From positions 744,001-808,000 of the forward strand of contig NW_024704771.1 in NCBI RefSeq assembly GCF_018977255.1: a stretch of 64,000 bases of DNA. Direction: 5' to 3'. The stretch comes from Callorhinchus milii (taxonomy: Eukaryota). Both the position numbers and the translations under genes were made by a program. Under the pieces are notes generated by a model. It searched no databases, was not told where the DNA came from, and worked only from the letters and a program-made list of their open reading frames with translations. Below are positions 37,101 to 50,613 of the stretch, piece after piece (position 1 is the first letter of the stretch; each line of letters starts with the position of its first letter).

Positions 37101-38228
37101 CACGCCCACCCTCACGTCCCCACCATGCGCACCGTCACCTCCCTCCCACATGCACACTCACGACCCCCCCCACGGGCACCCTCCGGACCCTCCCACATGC
37201 ACACTCACATGACCCAACATGCACACTCATGTCCCCCCAGACGCACCCTCACATCTCCCCTACACGCATCCTCACGTCGCTCCCACATACAGTTACTTCC
37301 CTCACACACTACCCTCACGTGCCCCCCACACATGCACCTTGTCTTGACCCCCACACACCAGCACATCCCCCTCACAAACACACTCATCTCAACCCCACAC
37401 ACACCCTCTCGTCCCCCAACACATGCAGCCTCACTTACCCCCACACGCACCCTCGCGTCTCCCCCACACACACCCTCACGTTCACCCCCAAACGCACCTT
37501 TTCGTCATGCCCACACACACCCTCACTTCTCCCACATGCAACCTCACGTCGCCCCACATGCGCAACCTCACGTCCCCCCCCACACGCACCCTCACCTCCA
37601 CCCCGCACCCTCACCTCCGCCCCACACACACCCTCACGACTTCCCAAACACACCCTCAAGTCCCCCCCACACGAACACTCATCTCCAGCTCACACGTACC
37701 CTCATGTCCCACCCACACGCACCCTCATTTACCCCCACATAATTACCTCACAGACCCCCAAAAGACACACCTTCAGCCCCACCCCACACAACCTCACATC
37801 CCACACAACTTCACATCCACCCCACACACAACCTCACTTCCCCTCACACACATACCCTCACATCCCCACCCCCACACACACACCCCCACACACACAACCA
37901 CACATACCCCCACACACACCCCCACTCATGCCCCCACACACACTCACACATACCTCCACACACACCCTCACATGACCACACACACGCACACACCCTCACA
38001 TCTCCCCCCCCCTCACACCCACACATCTCTCCCCCTCACACCCACACATTCCCTCCCACACAAACCCCTCCCCCACAGACACACAGACTCTCAGCCTTTT
38101 TTCTGGATTCTGTTCCCAGGAGACGTCGTTGTTTTACACAAAGGCTTCTCTCCCGGTGACGACGCTGAAGATCATCTTATTTATGATTGTAAATGTGTCC
38201 GACATTAATGGTCTGATTCTCCCTCCAG

Positions 38229-38758
38229 TTACAGTCACTCTGGATCCTGACACAGCCCATCCCCGGCTCATCCTGTCTGAGGACCTGACCAGTGTGAGAC
38301 ACGAAGACGAACTGCAGTCGCTCCCTGACTCCCCGAAGAGGTTTAGTGAAGATCCCATTGTCCTGGGATCTGAGGGCTTCACATCGGGGAGACATTACTG
38401 GGAGGTGCAGGTGGGCAACAAGTCATGGTGGACTGTGGGATTGGCCACAGAGTCTGTCAACAGGAAACAACTAATAACATGGACACCAGAGGATGGGGTC
38501 TGGGGGGTGGGGCTGTGGGGTGGGGACTGTTATGAGGCTCTGACGTCACCTCGTACCCGCCTGACCCTGACAGTGAGACCCGGGAAGGTCGGGGTTTACA
38601 TGGACTATGAGGGGGGACAGGTGTCATTTTACAACGCTGACAACATGGCTCATCTCCACACTTTCACCCAAACTTTCACTGAGAAACTTTATCCTCTGTT
38701 CAGTCCCGGGTATAATATTGATGGGGACAATCCTGAGCCTCTGACAATCTGCCGGTGA
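38229..38758 (+). CDS. Gene A terminal B30.2 exon (530 nt)
   Basis: Acceptor at 38228, TGA 38756-38758. Exon lengths sum to 1386 nt, an open 461-aa leader-IgV-IgC-TM-B30.2 protein. Confidence 0.93.
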
Positions 38759-39819
38759 CAGTTAATGAGGAGGAAAATTAGTCCATTATAATAAGGAGCA
38801 AAAACCCTCAGCCATTAACTTGATTCATTGGCGGTGAAAATATTCTTGGGGGGTGAGGGGGGGAGTGGCCACTTTAAGATGGACATCACCCCGACCATCA
38901 CCCTATACATACCCTCACATTCCACCCGCAACCCCCCCACCCCATCACACCCTCACATTCCCCCACACACACACCCTCACATAACCCCCCCACATACACT
39001 CACATCACCCTCACACACACCCTCACACCCCCCCCACACACACCCGCACATCCCCCCCCACGCACCCTCACATTCCCCCCCCCCCCCCTCACATCTGTGT
39101 TGGGAGAATCTGACTTGCCATCCAGTGTGTGACTCACACGCTCTGAGACAGGGATATATATCGCTGATATCTTTCTCTCCAGCAATGCCCAGTCTCACAG
39201 TCGGGGCTGTGCTCAGAATCTCACTGAAATCTCCCAAATCACTTTTATATCTATAAACAGGTGCCGTGTTGTTCCCCAGTGAGCGGCCGCGTCTCACTGT
39301 GTAGAAACACCGTGTATTTTCAGTGACAGTTTTTATAATCCATAACATTTCTCGTTCACTGTAACAATCACACACCAGCACATCCCCCTCACAAACACAC
39401 TCACCTCACCCCCACACACACCCTCACTTCCCCCCACACGCACCCTCGTAAGAAGTGAGATCTTTAACCCTCACTAAACCGAGGTCCCGTCTGTGTCTGT
39501 TCAACTGGATATTAATATCCAAAGTATTGTTGTTGACTTACAAAATACTCGTTCAATTTACAATAAATTTGTTTTGTTATTATTTTATGTCCAATGATTG
39601 AACCCAATCTGCACACAATCCTCACCCTCTGATACACACACCCCTAACTCTCATCCCCTGATACACACACCCCTAACCCGCACCCCCTGATACACATACC
39701 CTAATCCTAACCCCCTGATACACCCCCCCAACCCTCACCCTCTGATACACACACCCCTAACTATCACCCCCTGATACACACATCCCTAACCCGCACCCCC
39801 TGATACACACCAAGAACAA

Positions 39820-41770
39820 CAAATTATATTTTCGCAGCGCATTTCACGTCAGGACATCTCAAGGGGCTGTGATGTTAGGAATGCCAACCCGAGTTGGTGG
39901 TTGGGATCAGGAGGGGTGGAGGGCAGGGAGGGTAGACGTAAGAAGGTGATCCATGGAATGGTCAAAGAGGAGGGTTTTGAGATGGGCCATGAAGGCGGCA
40001 TCGGAGGGGGCGAGGTGGAGGGACTGAGGGATGGAGTTCAAGAGGATGGGGGCAGAGAGGCTGAAGCACACTCGCCAATGGTGGGGTAGACAAGGTGGGG
40101 GACGTGGAGCAGGCCGGAGCCTGCTGAGCAGGGGGAGAGGACAGGTTGGTGGGGGTTAAGGGGTCACAGTGGTAGAAAGGAGCAAAGCCATGGAGGGCTT
40201 TGAAGTTGAGGACCAGGATGTTGAACTATATCGTCTGAGTGATGGGGAGCCAGTGGAGCCGGGCGAGGATGGGGGTGAACGGGTCACGGAGCCTGGTTGG
40301 GGAGGCTGACAAGGAGGGAGATTCTGCAGTCGAGCCATGAGGTGGCAAATGCGTATATGAGGGTTTCGGTGGCCTGACGGGTGAGGTAGTGGAGGAGTCG
40401 AGCAATGTTGCGGAGGTGGCGAAAAGGCAGAGCGGGTCATGACATGTATATGGGAGAGAAGATATTTGAGTGTCGAACAAGTCACACAGGATCCTGACTG
40501 GTTTGGTGAGGTGGAGTGTGAATCCTTGGATGCTGATGCTGCCAGTGCCTGAGGTGCGGAGGGGCTGGAGTGAGCCAATCAGGAGGGCCGTGGTTTGCTA
40601 ACATTCAGCGGTAGAAAGTTGACTCTCATCCTGGACTTGATGTCTGACAGACAGTCTGTCAGGATGTTAGTTGTCCTGGAATCGATAGTGGAGGCAGAGA
40701 GATAGAGTTGGGTTTCATCTACATACATGAGGAAGTTGACCCCATGTCTGCGCATGATGTCACCGAGGGGGTGTATGCAGTGAATAAAAATGAGGGGAAC
40801 TGAGGAACACCTCACAAGACTGTGGGGCTGGAAGTGAAACTGTTGGGAGAGACAAATTGGAGATGGTGTGAGAGATAAGCCCTGAACCATTCAAGGGGAG
40901 AACCTTGAATTTTGAGGGGAGCGGAGAGGTGGTGGAGGAGGATGGAGTGGTCCATGGTATCGAAGGCAGCCGAGAGATCGAGGAGGACAAGGAGCCAGAG
41001 GGAGCCCTCGTCACAGATGGATAAAATGTCTTTTGCCACCTTGACCAGAGCAGTTTTTGTGCTGCTAACAGCTCGGAAACCCAATTGGAGGGGATCGTGA
41101 AGGGAGTGGTAGGAGAGGAATGAACGAAGCTGGGAAGCAACGACTCTTTCAAGGACCTTAGAAAGAAAAGGGAGGTTGTAGATGGGCTGGTAGTTAGAAA
41201 GCAGGGATGGGTCCAGGGAAGATTTGTTCAAGATGGGGGTGATTCTACCTGTTTTTAGGAGGATTGGAACAGTGGTAAATGATAGGGAGAGATTGATAGT
41301 GTCGGAGTGAAGAGGAGTGAGGTGGTGGAACTGGGAGGAAACAAGAAGTGTGGGGATGGGGTGAAGGGAACAGATGGTGTGTTTCATGCTGGTTATGGTG
41401 GTGTGAAAGAGGAAGGGGAGACAGGTTCAAAAAGGTGAAGGGATGTTATGGGTAGGGGTCAGAGTGTGGGGTGGGGGGAGAAGGGGAGGGAGTGGCAGTT
41501 GGGAGGGTGGAGGCAGCTGAATGATTTTGGACTTGAGGAAATCCAGCATCTCCTCACAGTCAGAACTTGAGGAGAGACTGGACGAGGTGTGGGAGGGTGG
41601 ACGGAGGAGCTGGTTCGTGTTGGAGAATAGGAAGCTTGGGTCTTCCTTCTCATCCAAGATTATCTTGGGAGTAGGAGGACCATTTGGCGGAGGCGAGGGC
41701 AGAGTGGTACTTTTGTGAGAGATCAGAGGGATGGAGGGTGGGTTTGAGGAGGGATGTGATAACAGCGGGC
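39820..41770 (-). mobile_element. L2 fragment (duplicate of 1786-3400)
   Basis: [45 protein letters not shown]. Confidence 0.9.
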
Positions 41771-42609
41771 TTCAGGGGGATTTACACGGATGGATTTGGA
41801 AATCCTGCTTTGGAAATTTGGAAGCTGCCAAACCTTCGCCTCACTGGTCACTCACCACCACTCGTTCATCAACCCGTGGCCTCAGTGGTCTCTTACACCT
41901 GTTGTACAGATGGGAGATTTGAAATTTCTTGCCCCACTGGTGCCCACCCATGGCCAACCTCGCCCGGCTTTCATCGGCCAAACCTTCAACCCTCCCCACT
42001 CACATCTTCCACTGTTTACTGTGGTTTCCCGAGGCCCCACCACTTGCTGACTCATGAGCAAGAGGGGCCCATGTGTTGAGGCCTTTGGGAGGACTGTCTG
42101 TGGTCCTCCTCAGGGCTAAGGACTTTCCCCTCCCAGCTCCCCTTAAACAGGTGATGGTAATAGATGGGGGGGGGGGGGTGTCTGAGCCCCCTCTAGCCCT
42201 CGTCACCCGCTGTCTAAGCACAACTACAGATTAAACAAACTTCACTTGTTTTCTCTTATCAATAATAATAAATTTTTGCTTTTCCCTTTGTGATTGCTTT
42301 TGACAACTATGTTCATTTTAATACCTTTCAGCAGTTTATTTAGTTAAACAATGAAACACTAGATACGATTATTAATAATACATTTGATACAGTGCCTGAT
42401 AACGTCTTCAAGATGTCTCAAAGCACTTCACAAAATATACTGTAAAGTTGACTGCAGTGTCCCACAAACAGTTCGGTTTCAAATTATTTAATTATTATTG
42501 AAATAATTTTGTTTTAATCCTAAACAGCTCGCTTTGTGTATGAAAAATGAAATATTTTAAACTCCTTCAACAATATTAAACTCCAATTTATAATAATAAC
42601 GAGCTGTGC

Positions 42610-45600
42610 CCATTACAGCTTTGTTTGCAACCAAAGGCTCCAATATGGAATGTAGATTTCAGTGATAGCATTGACAAACCATTTAACGTACCACAAGCAC
42701 TGTGTGTACACCTTAAGCAAAACTGCCATACATGTGCGATGGGTCATAGCTCATGAATGATAGCAGATCTTATCCAAGCTATGCCAACCAAAGCGGTTTA
42801 GTGTGTGATCCAGCAGGTTCTCGAAGTGTTGCAAGGCTTCCGGGAAGACGACATTTGCAATTTTTCCTTCTTCGGCCATGATGTACAGGGTTTGAGATCA
42901 TGGCTTTCTGTGTCAAAGTCCAACTCTGCTGTTCTTTGTTCTTCAGTTTCATTTAATTCATGTTCTCTCTTTTCATAGCATTTTTATTTGTCCTTGAAAG
43001 GCTTGATCTTCATTCTGGCATCTTTAAGATTAAGAAAATGTGCTATTGAGAGGACTCCTGTTGGGAGGAATGAGTGAGAAGATTCAGTGGGAGGAGTCCT
43101 TGTTCAGACGACTCCTGTGGGATGACACCTTGTTGGGAGGACACCTTATTGGAAGGAATCCTGTGGGAGACTCCTGTTGGTACTTTGTTGCAGAATATAG
43201 AATGATATGTGATTTTGTTGCAGAATACCATGCACACCCCATATTTTGATTCTTAAGCTCATCAACAATAGGAGATCCCTGAAAAAAATATGCCCATGAC
43301 ACTCCACATTACAAGACCTTTCCAATGAGGTATAAATCATGTTAATCGGTTATTGAGTTTTTGGGGGACAATCAGACAGACATTTTATCTCTATTATTGC
43401 AGATGATAATCCTTGCATTTAATATAGCACTTCATCACAGCTTTGAGACATCTCAAAGCATTTCACAGAATATAATGTAAAGTGAATTGAATAAAAAATA
43501 AAATATTTTAAACTGCTGCAGTAACACTTTATCACAGACAGAGAAATAGATTCACCTTTTCCTCGTTTCTCCTGATGGCTGTTGTGGTGTAATTTGAGGA
43601 ATAGAATCATTTGCTGAAAGTTACTGTGGTTTAAAATGACAGTGAGACCACATACAGTATTAAATATATAAACCTGCAGTACCGCGTTACTGCCAACAGA
43701 TGGTGTTTTTTAATTGGGAAACTTCACCCCAATGTTTGCAGTAAACAAACAATAATAATCCTGACAAAGTCAAGTTGTCTCGGGGAGGAACAGCCTCCAA
43801 CCACATGGAGAAGGTTTCCACTATAGTTCGGATATATTTATTTCAGGACGTCAAGTCCATGGAGAGGGTGCAGAGGAGATTTACCAGAATGATACCAGGG
43901 ATGAGGGACTTCAGTTATGTGGAGAGACGAGAGCAGTTGGCATTGTTTTCCTTCAAGCAGAGAAGGTTATGGAAGATTTAATAGAGGAGTTCCAAATTAT
44001 GAGAGGTTTTGATGGAGTGGATAGGGAGAAACTGATCCTCTGACGGGTGGGTCGGTAACCAGAGGATACAGGTGCCCAACTTTACTGTCAGGTTCGATCC
44101 ACAGCTTTCCTTTCTGCCACACAGCCATTTGTTCACTGACCAGTACCACATTTTTCCACCTTCGCCACATTTCCCGCCTCCGGCTGTACCTCACAACCGA
44201 TGCATCAGAAAGCCTCATCCTCAACTTCGTCACTTCCCGTCTGGACTATTCTAATGCCTTCTCCGTGGTCTCCCCGGCTCCCACATACACAAATAAAATT
44301 GATAAAAAACTCCGCCATTCACATACTCACCAGCACAAAACTCCATATCCCCATCACACCAGTCCTTGCCAAGCACCACTTGCTCCTGTTACCATACAAT
44401 AATATTATTCAAAAAATAAAATTGATAACTCAATCCACTGCTGTTTCTGGGACGCTGCTGTATACAACTGACTGCTATGTTTCGCCCTCAAAACACAGTC
44501 AATTCACTTTACACTATATTCTGTGAGACGCTTTGAGACATCTTGAAAACATGATAAGGCACTAAGTCTTTTATGGAGTCCTGCACCTCAGTGGTGAGAG
44601 CACTCGCCCTGACATTGGTTCAATTCCCGGGCAGGGCAAAGGCTGTGCAGGTTTCCTTACTCCACATGACTGTTGACCAAGAATTGAGTATCAACCTGGT
44701 TGTCAGTCGATTAGCAGATCACTATCTGGGGGGAAATTCACTTCAAAATATAAATAAAATTATAATAATTTGGTCACTGAATCCGCGAGTGTTTGTCAGA
44801 CACCGCTGTGTGCGATTGGCTGCCGTGTTTCTCCCACAAACAGGCAATTCACTTTACTATATATTTTGTGAAGCGCTTGAAGATATCTCGAATACGTGAC
44901 AAAGCGCCATTGTAATTACTATATCAAACGCAATGATTATTATTATTACCTGCTCCTGATCGGTGATGAAATCCGCAGACATGGAAATAATTACCACATG
45001 GATACCATGTGTCTGAGGGCGAGAGAGCCACGACCCCAGGACACAACATTCTGGGCAGGTTCCCGCTGAGTGGACACAACTAACCCTCACACCCCCCCCC
45101 CCCCCCACCTGATATACACACCTCGAACCCTCACCTCCCGACACACACACCTAAACCTCACCCCGACAACACACTAACCCTCACCCCCCCCCGACAAACA
45201 CCTCTAACCCTCACCCCCATATACACACCTCGAACCTCACCCCCCGACAAACACCACTAACCCTCACCCTGACACACACAACCCTAACCTTCACCCGGAT
45301 ACACATATCTCAAAACCTCACCCCGACAAACACACACCCCAAACCCTCACCCCCTGACACACACAACCCTAACCCTCACCCCCTGACACACAAACCCCTA
45401 ACCCTGACCCCTGACACACACACCACTAACCCTCACCCCCCAACACACACACCCCTGACCCTCACCCGACACACACACCCTAACCCTCACCCGACAACAC
45501 ACACCCCAAACCCTCACCCCTGACACACACAACCCTAACCCTCACCCCCTGACACACACTACCCTCACCCCCACACATATCTCAACCCCCCCCCCCCCCC

Positions 45601-45990
45601 GACACCACCCTTGACCCTCACCCCCTGACCCTCACCCCCTGACCCTCACCCCCTGACCCTCACCCCCGGGGCTCAGGGCCACACGGCCGCCGAGTTGGGA
45701 ATGTCGGTGTTGGTGTAGAAAACCCCTTTGATGTGAAGCTGTTGATAGTCACAGAGAATAATAATGTATTTGATGTCATTATATTATACAATAAGTGATT
45801 GAATCTTCAATGAAAGGATTTCCCACTGAATATGTAATGTATATAACAGTATATGTGCCATTGCTGTTGACTATAGTGACTTTATACCATATTCTCACCA
45901 GTTGGGGCGGAGGTGTCAGAGGGACTGTCGCTCGAGCGCGTTTCTGCCCTTCGGCGCTTCTGGAATGTTCCCGCCCTCCCCCCGCGCATG
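42610..45990 (-). other. Candidate spliced antisense transcription unit (lncRNA or decayed gene)
   Basis: Donor CTG|gtgaga at 45899, exon 45664-45738, exon 43556-43613, acceptor at 43021; all AG/GT and phase-compatible. Confidence 0.45.
45085..45663. repeat. Telomere-variant-like tandem repeat
   Basis: acaccctaaccctcaccccctgac units. Confidence 0.8.
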
Positions 45991-46680
45991 CGCACCTTCC
46001 CGAGTCTGGTCCCCGGCGGGAAAGCGCGGGAGCGCGGGACCGAGTGACGGTTGGAGACGGGACACAGCGCGCACGCGCGGGAAGGCGGGGCCGCGCGAGA
46101 CGGAGAGCGGCGGGAACAGTGCGCATGTGCCGACACCACGTGACAGCGCTTTGGGCGTCAGGACCCGAGAAGAGCGCGAGAGTCGGTAAGTGAGGAGCGG
46201 AGGACCGACCCCGCGCTCCCCCCCCGGACCCCAACACACACACACACACACACAGTGACCGCACACCGACACCACACACTCCACACACCGGTGGGAGCCG
46301 CTGAAGGCGGGAAACTGGGCAGAGAAGCCGCACAAAGGCTGTGACAGGACAGCGGAGCCGTCACCGCCCCTCACACAGACTGACACACACAGCGGGAACG
46401 GGAGGCAGTGGCTCCGGACACGGCTCTGGGCCTGAGAGCCGCGGTCTGACCACCTGCCACAGGCGGGAAGTGTGTGAAGGGACACAGTGGCCGCCACACA
46501 CAGCGGGTCCTGGGGGTCACTGGTTTACCGCACACACCACACAAGTGCGGGAAGGGCGGACAGTGCTCGAGGAGCGAGTCCCGGCAGCTGCTGTCTTACC
46601 TCCCGCAGGAAGAGCTTCACACGAGGAGGAGGAGATGGCGTCGGTTATCTGTGGTGACGATCGGATGTCAATAGCGTTTG
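45899..46680. promoter_or_regulatory. CpG-island promoter of gene B, probably bidirectional
   Basis: High CpG; NRF1 GCGCATGCGCA 45984-45994, GC boxes 45971 and 46084, E-box CACGTG 46137-46142; + donor gtaagt at 46186, - donor at 45898. Confidence 0.8.
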
Positions 46681-47647
46681 AAGTTGATTTGGGTTTGAGT
46701 TATAAAAGGAAATGCTGTTGAACAGTGAACAGATAGAGAGACGGTGCGGACACGTTTACGCCACAGAATTGAATAGAATTCAATACAATATAAATAGTAT
46801 AATTTAAGTGTATCGCTGAAGCTGAAAGAGCCGTTGAAAGAGAAAGGAAACTGTTGTGAATCGGGACAAGAAAGTTTGTAAATGTATATTATTAAACAAA
46901 CAAGAAATATTTTAAAAAGAGTGGTTTGAGGTCCTCTGTCCGTCTGGAAACAAAACCCTTCGGCTCTGCTTTTGCCCATCTCTCCCCTCCCCACCCCCTC
47001 AGCTCCCATTCCCCCCTCAGGTGCCCATCAGCTCTGTGAAGCGCTTTGAGCCATCATCTCGACATGAGGCGCTGTGTCAATATAAACTGTACTGTCACAT
47101 CCCAAACTGGTCTCAGTGACTGTGAGGCTGAGAGCAGCTGAACTCACGGACTTGTTTTAAACCAGAAATATATTTCTTTGTTGATAGAATATATATTTAC
47201 ACTTTCCTCAAAAAGAAACAAATGCCAAAAGAGAATGAAGAAACACAACACGTTATTGTACCATTACGGGACGTGACAGCCCCGACCCCTTGTGGTGGGG
47301 GGTTGGGGGGGAGGGGCTGCCATTGCGCACTCCACTTTGGTGGAGGGACCAAGGCTCCCCCCCCCCCCCCCCCCGGGATCTGCTGCCCGTTGCGGGATGT
47401 GCTCACATTTCTTGGGGGGGAAATGTGTGACTGCACACACCCTGATAAGGGGCACTTCCATTTACAGATGTCACCCCAATGTGCACCGTAAACACATATA
47501 ATTACACTAACAAAACACCCCGAGACATCGAACACAAACCCTACACTGCAATAAACACAACCAGTCAACCCCCTGTCACTGTGTGAGGTTAGTGACTGAG
47601 CTCAGTCGCTGTGTGAGGGTAGTAACTGAGCTCAGTCACAGGATTAG

Positions 47648-48090
47648 CCTCTGGACATCGCCATCCCGGACACAGGTTTAATTTACTGTTAATAGTGAAG
47701 ATTCTTCTCTTTCAATGCAAAACCTAAACAGGTCAGTGTCGGAAATTGTTTTCTGAAATGAACTATTATTTTACCATTAAAATAACGCCTTAACTTTACT
47801 GTGATACCAGTTACAGGATTCACTGGTTTCACTTTCACATGTGGTGATGTGGAGTTTAGATATGAAATAAATGTTCTGTATCGTCAGGTTTGTGTCAGTA
47901 CTAAAGCGGGAGCTCTGCAGTCAGTTTATTCCCAGTTTGTGGTTTAATCGCTGAGAATCGGAGGCAAGTGAGGAGGGAAGGGAATGGGAGCTCCTCTCTG
48001 ACCTGCACCATGTTGGGGTGAATAAGGAGCGGCTGTGAGGAGGGGGAGGGGAGGAGCACATTACAGCAGTTACACATAACATGTTCCTTC
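47648..48090 (+). repeat. Non-coding block paralogous to 24584-25015 upstream of the gene A leader
   Basis: Shared cctctggacatcgccat..ttaatttactg..ggggtgaataaggagcggctgtgagg. Confidence 0.9.
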
Positions 48091-49175
48091 CCCAGTCTGA
48101 TTGCTGTCAGGTCACTGGTGTTTACAGTATTTCCTGTGAAGCGCTTTGAGACGTCCCTGGATGTAGAAGGTGCTGTGTCAGATGTCAGGATTATTATTCT
48201 CCGAGGTCACCTTGACAAGGGCTGAGGGTTGAAGCTCAGACAAACAGACTCTGTGTGAGTTTGGTGCCTGAACCAGCAAAACGTTCTACTGTTTCGAGTT
48301 AAAAGCGAATCAGTGTCAGAAATTGTTTCCCGATATGGAAAGTTTATTGTGATTAAAAATAATCATTTTATTTTTACTGTTATCCCACTGACTTGGTTTA
48401 GCCGAAACTACAAGAGCAACTTATATATCGCCCTCCATGCAGAGCAGCGTCTCAGAGCGCTTAACAGTGGTGATGCCTGACTCTAAGCTGGGGTGAGGGG
48501 TGATGTAGCGGTCAGCACTCTTGTCCCTGAAAAAAAACAGCCCCGATCCACCCGCTCCACTATTGGCGGGAGAGCCTTGAGCCTCTCTGCCTCCAACTTC
48601 TGGAATTCCATCCTCCAGTTACTCTGCTTCACCCCCTCCTTAGCCTCTTCAAGTCCTGCCTCAAGATCCTCCTCTTCGACTATGCCAACGGCCACCCCCT
48701 TCCCCTCCCCTCCCTTCTCCGCCCCCAACCTCAGCTCAGGTCTGAAATGCTGTACATTGTCCAGCGCCTTAAGACATCGTCCCGACGTGAAAGGCGCTGT
48801 ACAAATGTAATCTTGTTTTTGTTGAATCAAAGGGTTGCGGGTTCAAGTCCCACGTTAGGACTTTGACCTCACAGTTTAGGCTGATACTCCCCCTCGCAGT
48901 ATATGCTGTGGGAACATAGCATTGTTGGAGGTGATGTCCTTTGGATGTGAGGTTAAGCTGAGGTGCTGTCTGCCTGTCATGTGGATGTCAAAGATCCAAA
49001 TTGCTGTTGTTGTCCCACCTGTTTCAGGCAATTACGTTATTCCCCAATTTTGGAAGAACACTTTGTTCAAATGCTGATCTGGATTGTGACACAGATCTGG
49101 TGTTATTGTGTGTTATTAATTTATTATGAATTGTCTGTTGATTTCCTCGTGTTTCATTGCTCGATGTCCTGACAG

Positions 49176-49233
49176 ATGATGGAGAAGATTTTCATTGTGA
49201 TTTTCCTGTTTGAGATTCCGGCTTCACTTTCTG
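49176..49233 (+). CDS. Gene B (butyrophilin-like) signal-peptide exon
   Basis: cag|ATG ATG..MMEKIFIVIFLFEIPASLS, phase-1 donor gtgagc. The ATG is the first base of the exon, so an upstream non-coding exon is required. Confidence 0.82.
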
Positions 49234-50265
49234 GTGAGCAACACAGTCATTTTCTGCCTAATCACTTTCACATTAACATTGCTATTTATTACAGAGGCAA
49301 CTAAAAGATTAGCTCACTTGTCAAAGTAGAGAATAGTTTTGTTTCTGATAAAGAATCCACTCACTGTAACTGGAAGCTGGAGCTTGTAATCACTGCAGCT
49401 GAACCTGCCCCAGAAATGTATTGCTTTTATCAACTTCCCTCAGTCTATCAGCCCATAACTGTGGCTGAAAGGTCCTCATCAAACCTGGTATAGACTTCCC
49501 AGCTTCTCCTGATCACCTCCCGTTGTTCAGTGGTGAACAACTGTATCTCATTTGTGAGAGAAAAGACAATTCCTGACTGTGTTAATGAGCTGAACGAGAG
49601 GACATTCTGGCTGTGTTTACTCTGGAGCCGTATTTCAAACTATATTTGCAAAGGTTGTGAGCTGTCCGTGTTCACAGAACTGAACTCCGAGAGTAAATGT
49701 ATCAGGTGAAGCTGAGATGGGAAGATGGGAGGTGAGTATTCTGGGAAGATGAGGTCAAATGGGCTGAAGGACTTTCTTCATCTGAACCTCTCTTGTGATC
49801 GGGTGAAATGTGTCCACTGATGAGGATATAAACTGGTGATATACATTCACCTGTTAAATGATAACATTGCTGCACATTTCCAAATAACATATATTTCTGT
49901 AATAAGACATTTCATAGAATCGTAGAATCGTACAGCACAAAAAGAGGTCATTTGACCCATTGAGTCTGTGCGGCTCTTTGAATCGAGTAATGTAAGGTCA
50001 ATCTCACACCCCAGCCCTTTCCCCATAACCCTGCAAACCTGTCCTCCTCAAATACCTATCCACCGCGTTTTTAAAAGTTGTTTTCGAAGTTTCTGTGCAG
50101 ACTCAGGTCACTTCATATCTCAGACTTTCAGGGCTTCAGAAAACCAGACATTGTAAACCCGTCAGTGACAGTGACACAAATAAACTATTGAATCTCATAG
50201 TTTCACATTTAAATAGAAACAAATCATAATAACAGCTTAATAATTGATACTGTATTGTTCATTAG

Positions 50266-50613
50266 ATTCTTTTATAGTTAATGGTCCACGTCAGCCTGTC
50301 CTCACAGCTCTGGGGAACGATGTCACTCTGGGATGTTGGTTAACACCAGGAGTGGCTGCAGATATGATGGACGTGGAATGGAGTAAATCTGATTCTGGGG
50401 ATGTGGTGCATTTATGTACAAGTGGAGAGGATCAACCTGATCAGCAACATGAAGCCTACAGAGGAAGAACCGAGCTCATTAGAGACGGGATGACTCGAGG
50501 AAACGTGTCTCTCAGACTGAAGAACGTGAGGTGCTCAGACCAAGGAGAATACACATGTTTTGTGGGATCAACAACAGATTTTGGTGAAACAACAGTGGTT
50601 GTGAAAGTTGAAG
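50266..50613 (+). CDS. Gene B IgV exon (348 nt)
   Basis: DSFIVNGPRQPV..VTLGCWL..VEWSK..AYRGRTELI..GNVSLRLKNVRCSDQGEYTCFV. Confidence 0.95.

Larger units (their letters stand above)
31210..38090. repeat. ~7-kb C/A-rich degenerate satellite filling the last intron of gene A
   Basis: cacacgcaccctcacgtcccc-like ~20-22 bp units, interrupted by L2 and SINE pieces. Confidence 0.9.
38126..43760 (+). repeat. Segmental duplicate of 1-6064
   Basis: Collinear B30.2 exon, UTR, telomere-like repeat, L2 fragment, SINE remnants and antisense exons; similarity ends at a SINE tail. Confidence 0.95.

Noticed and set aside
31522-38208. Many 150-314 aa Pro/His/Thr ORFs
   Set aside because: Stop-poor C/A satellite within an intron; overlapping ORFs occur in every frame.
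47400-47430. Short hairpin CACATTTC/GAAATGTG
   Set aside because: An 8-bp stem is expected by chance; no TSD or element context.
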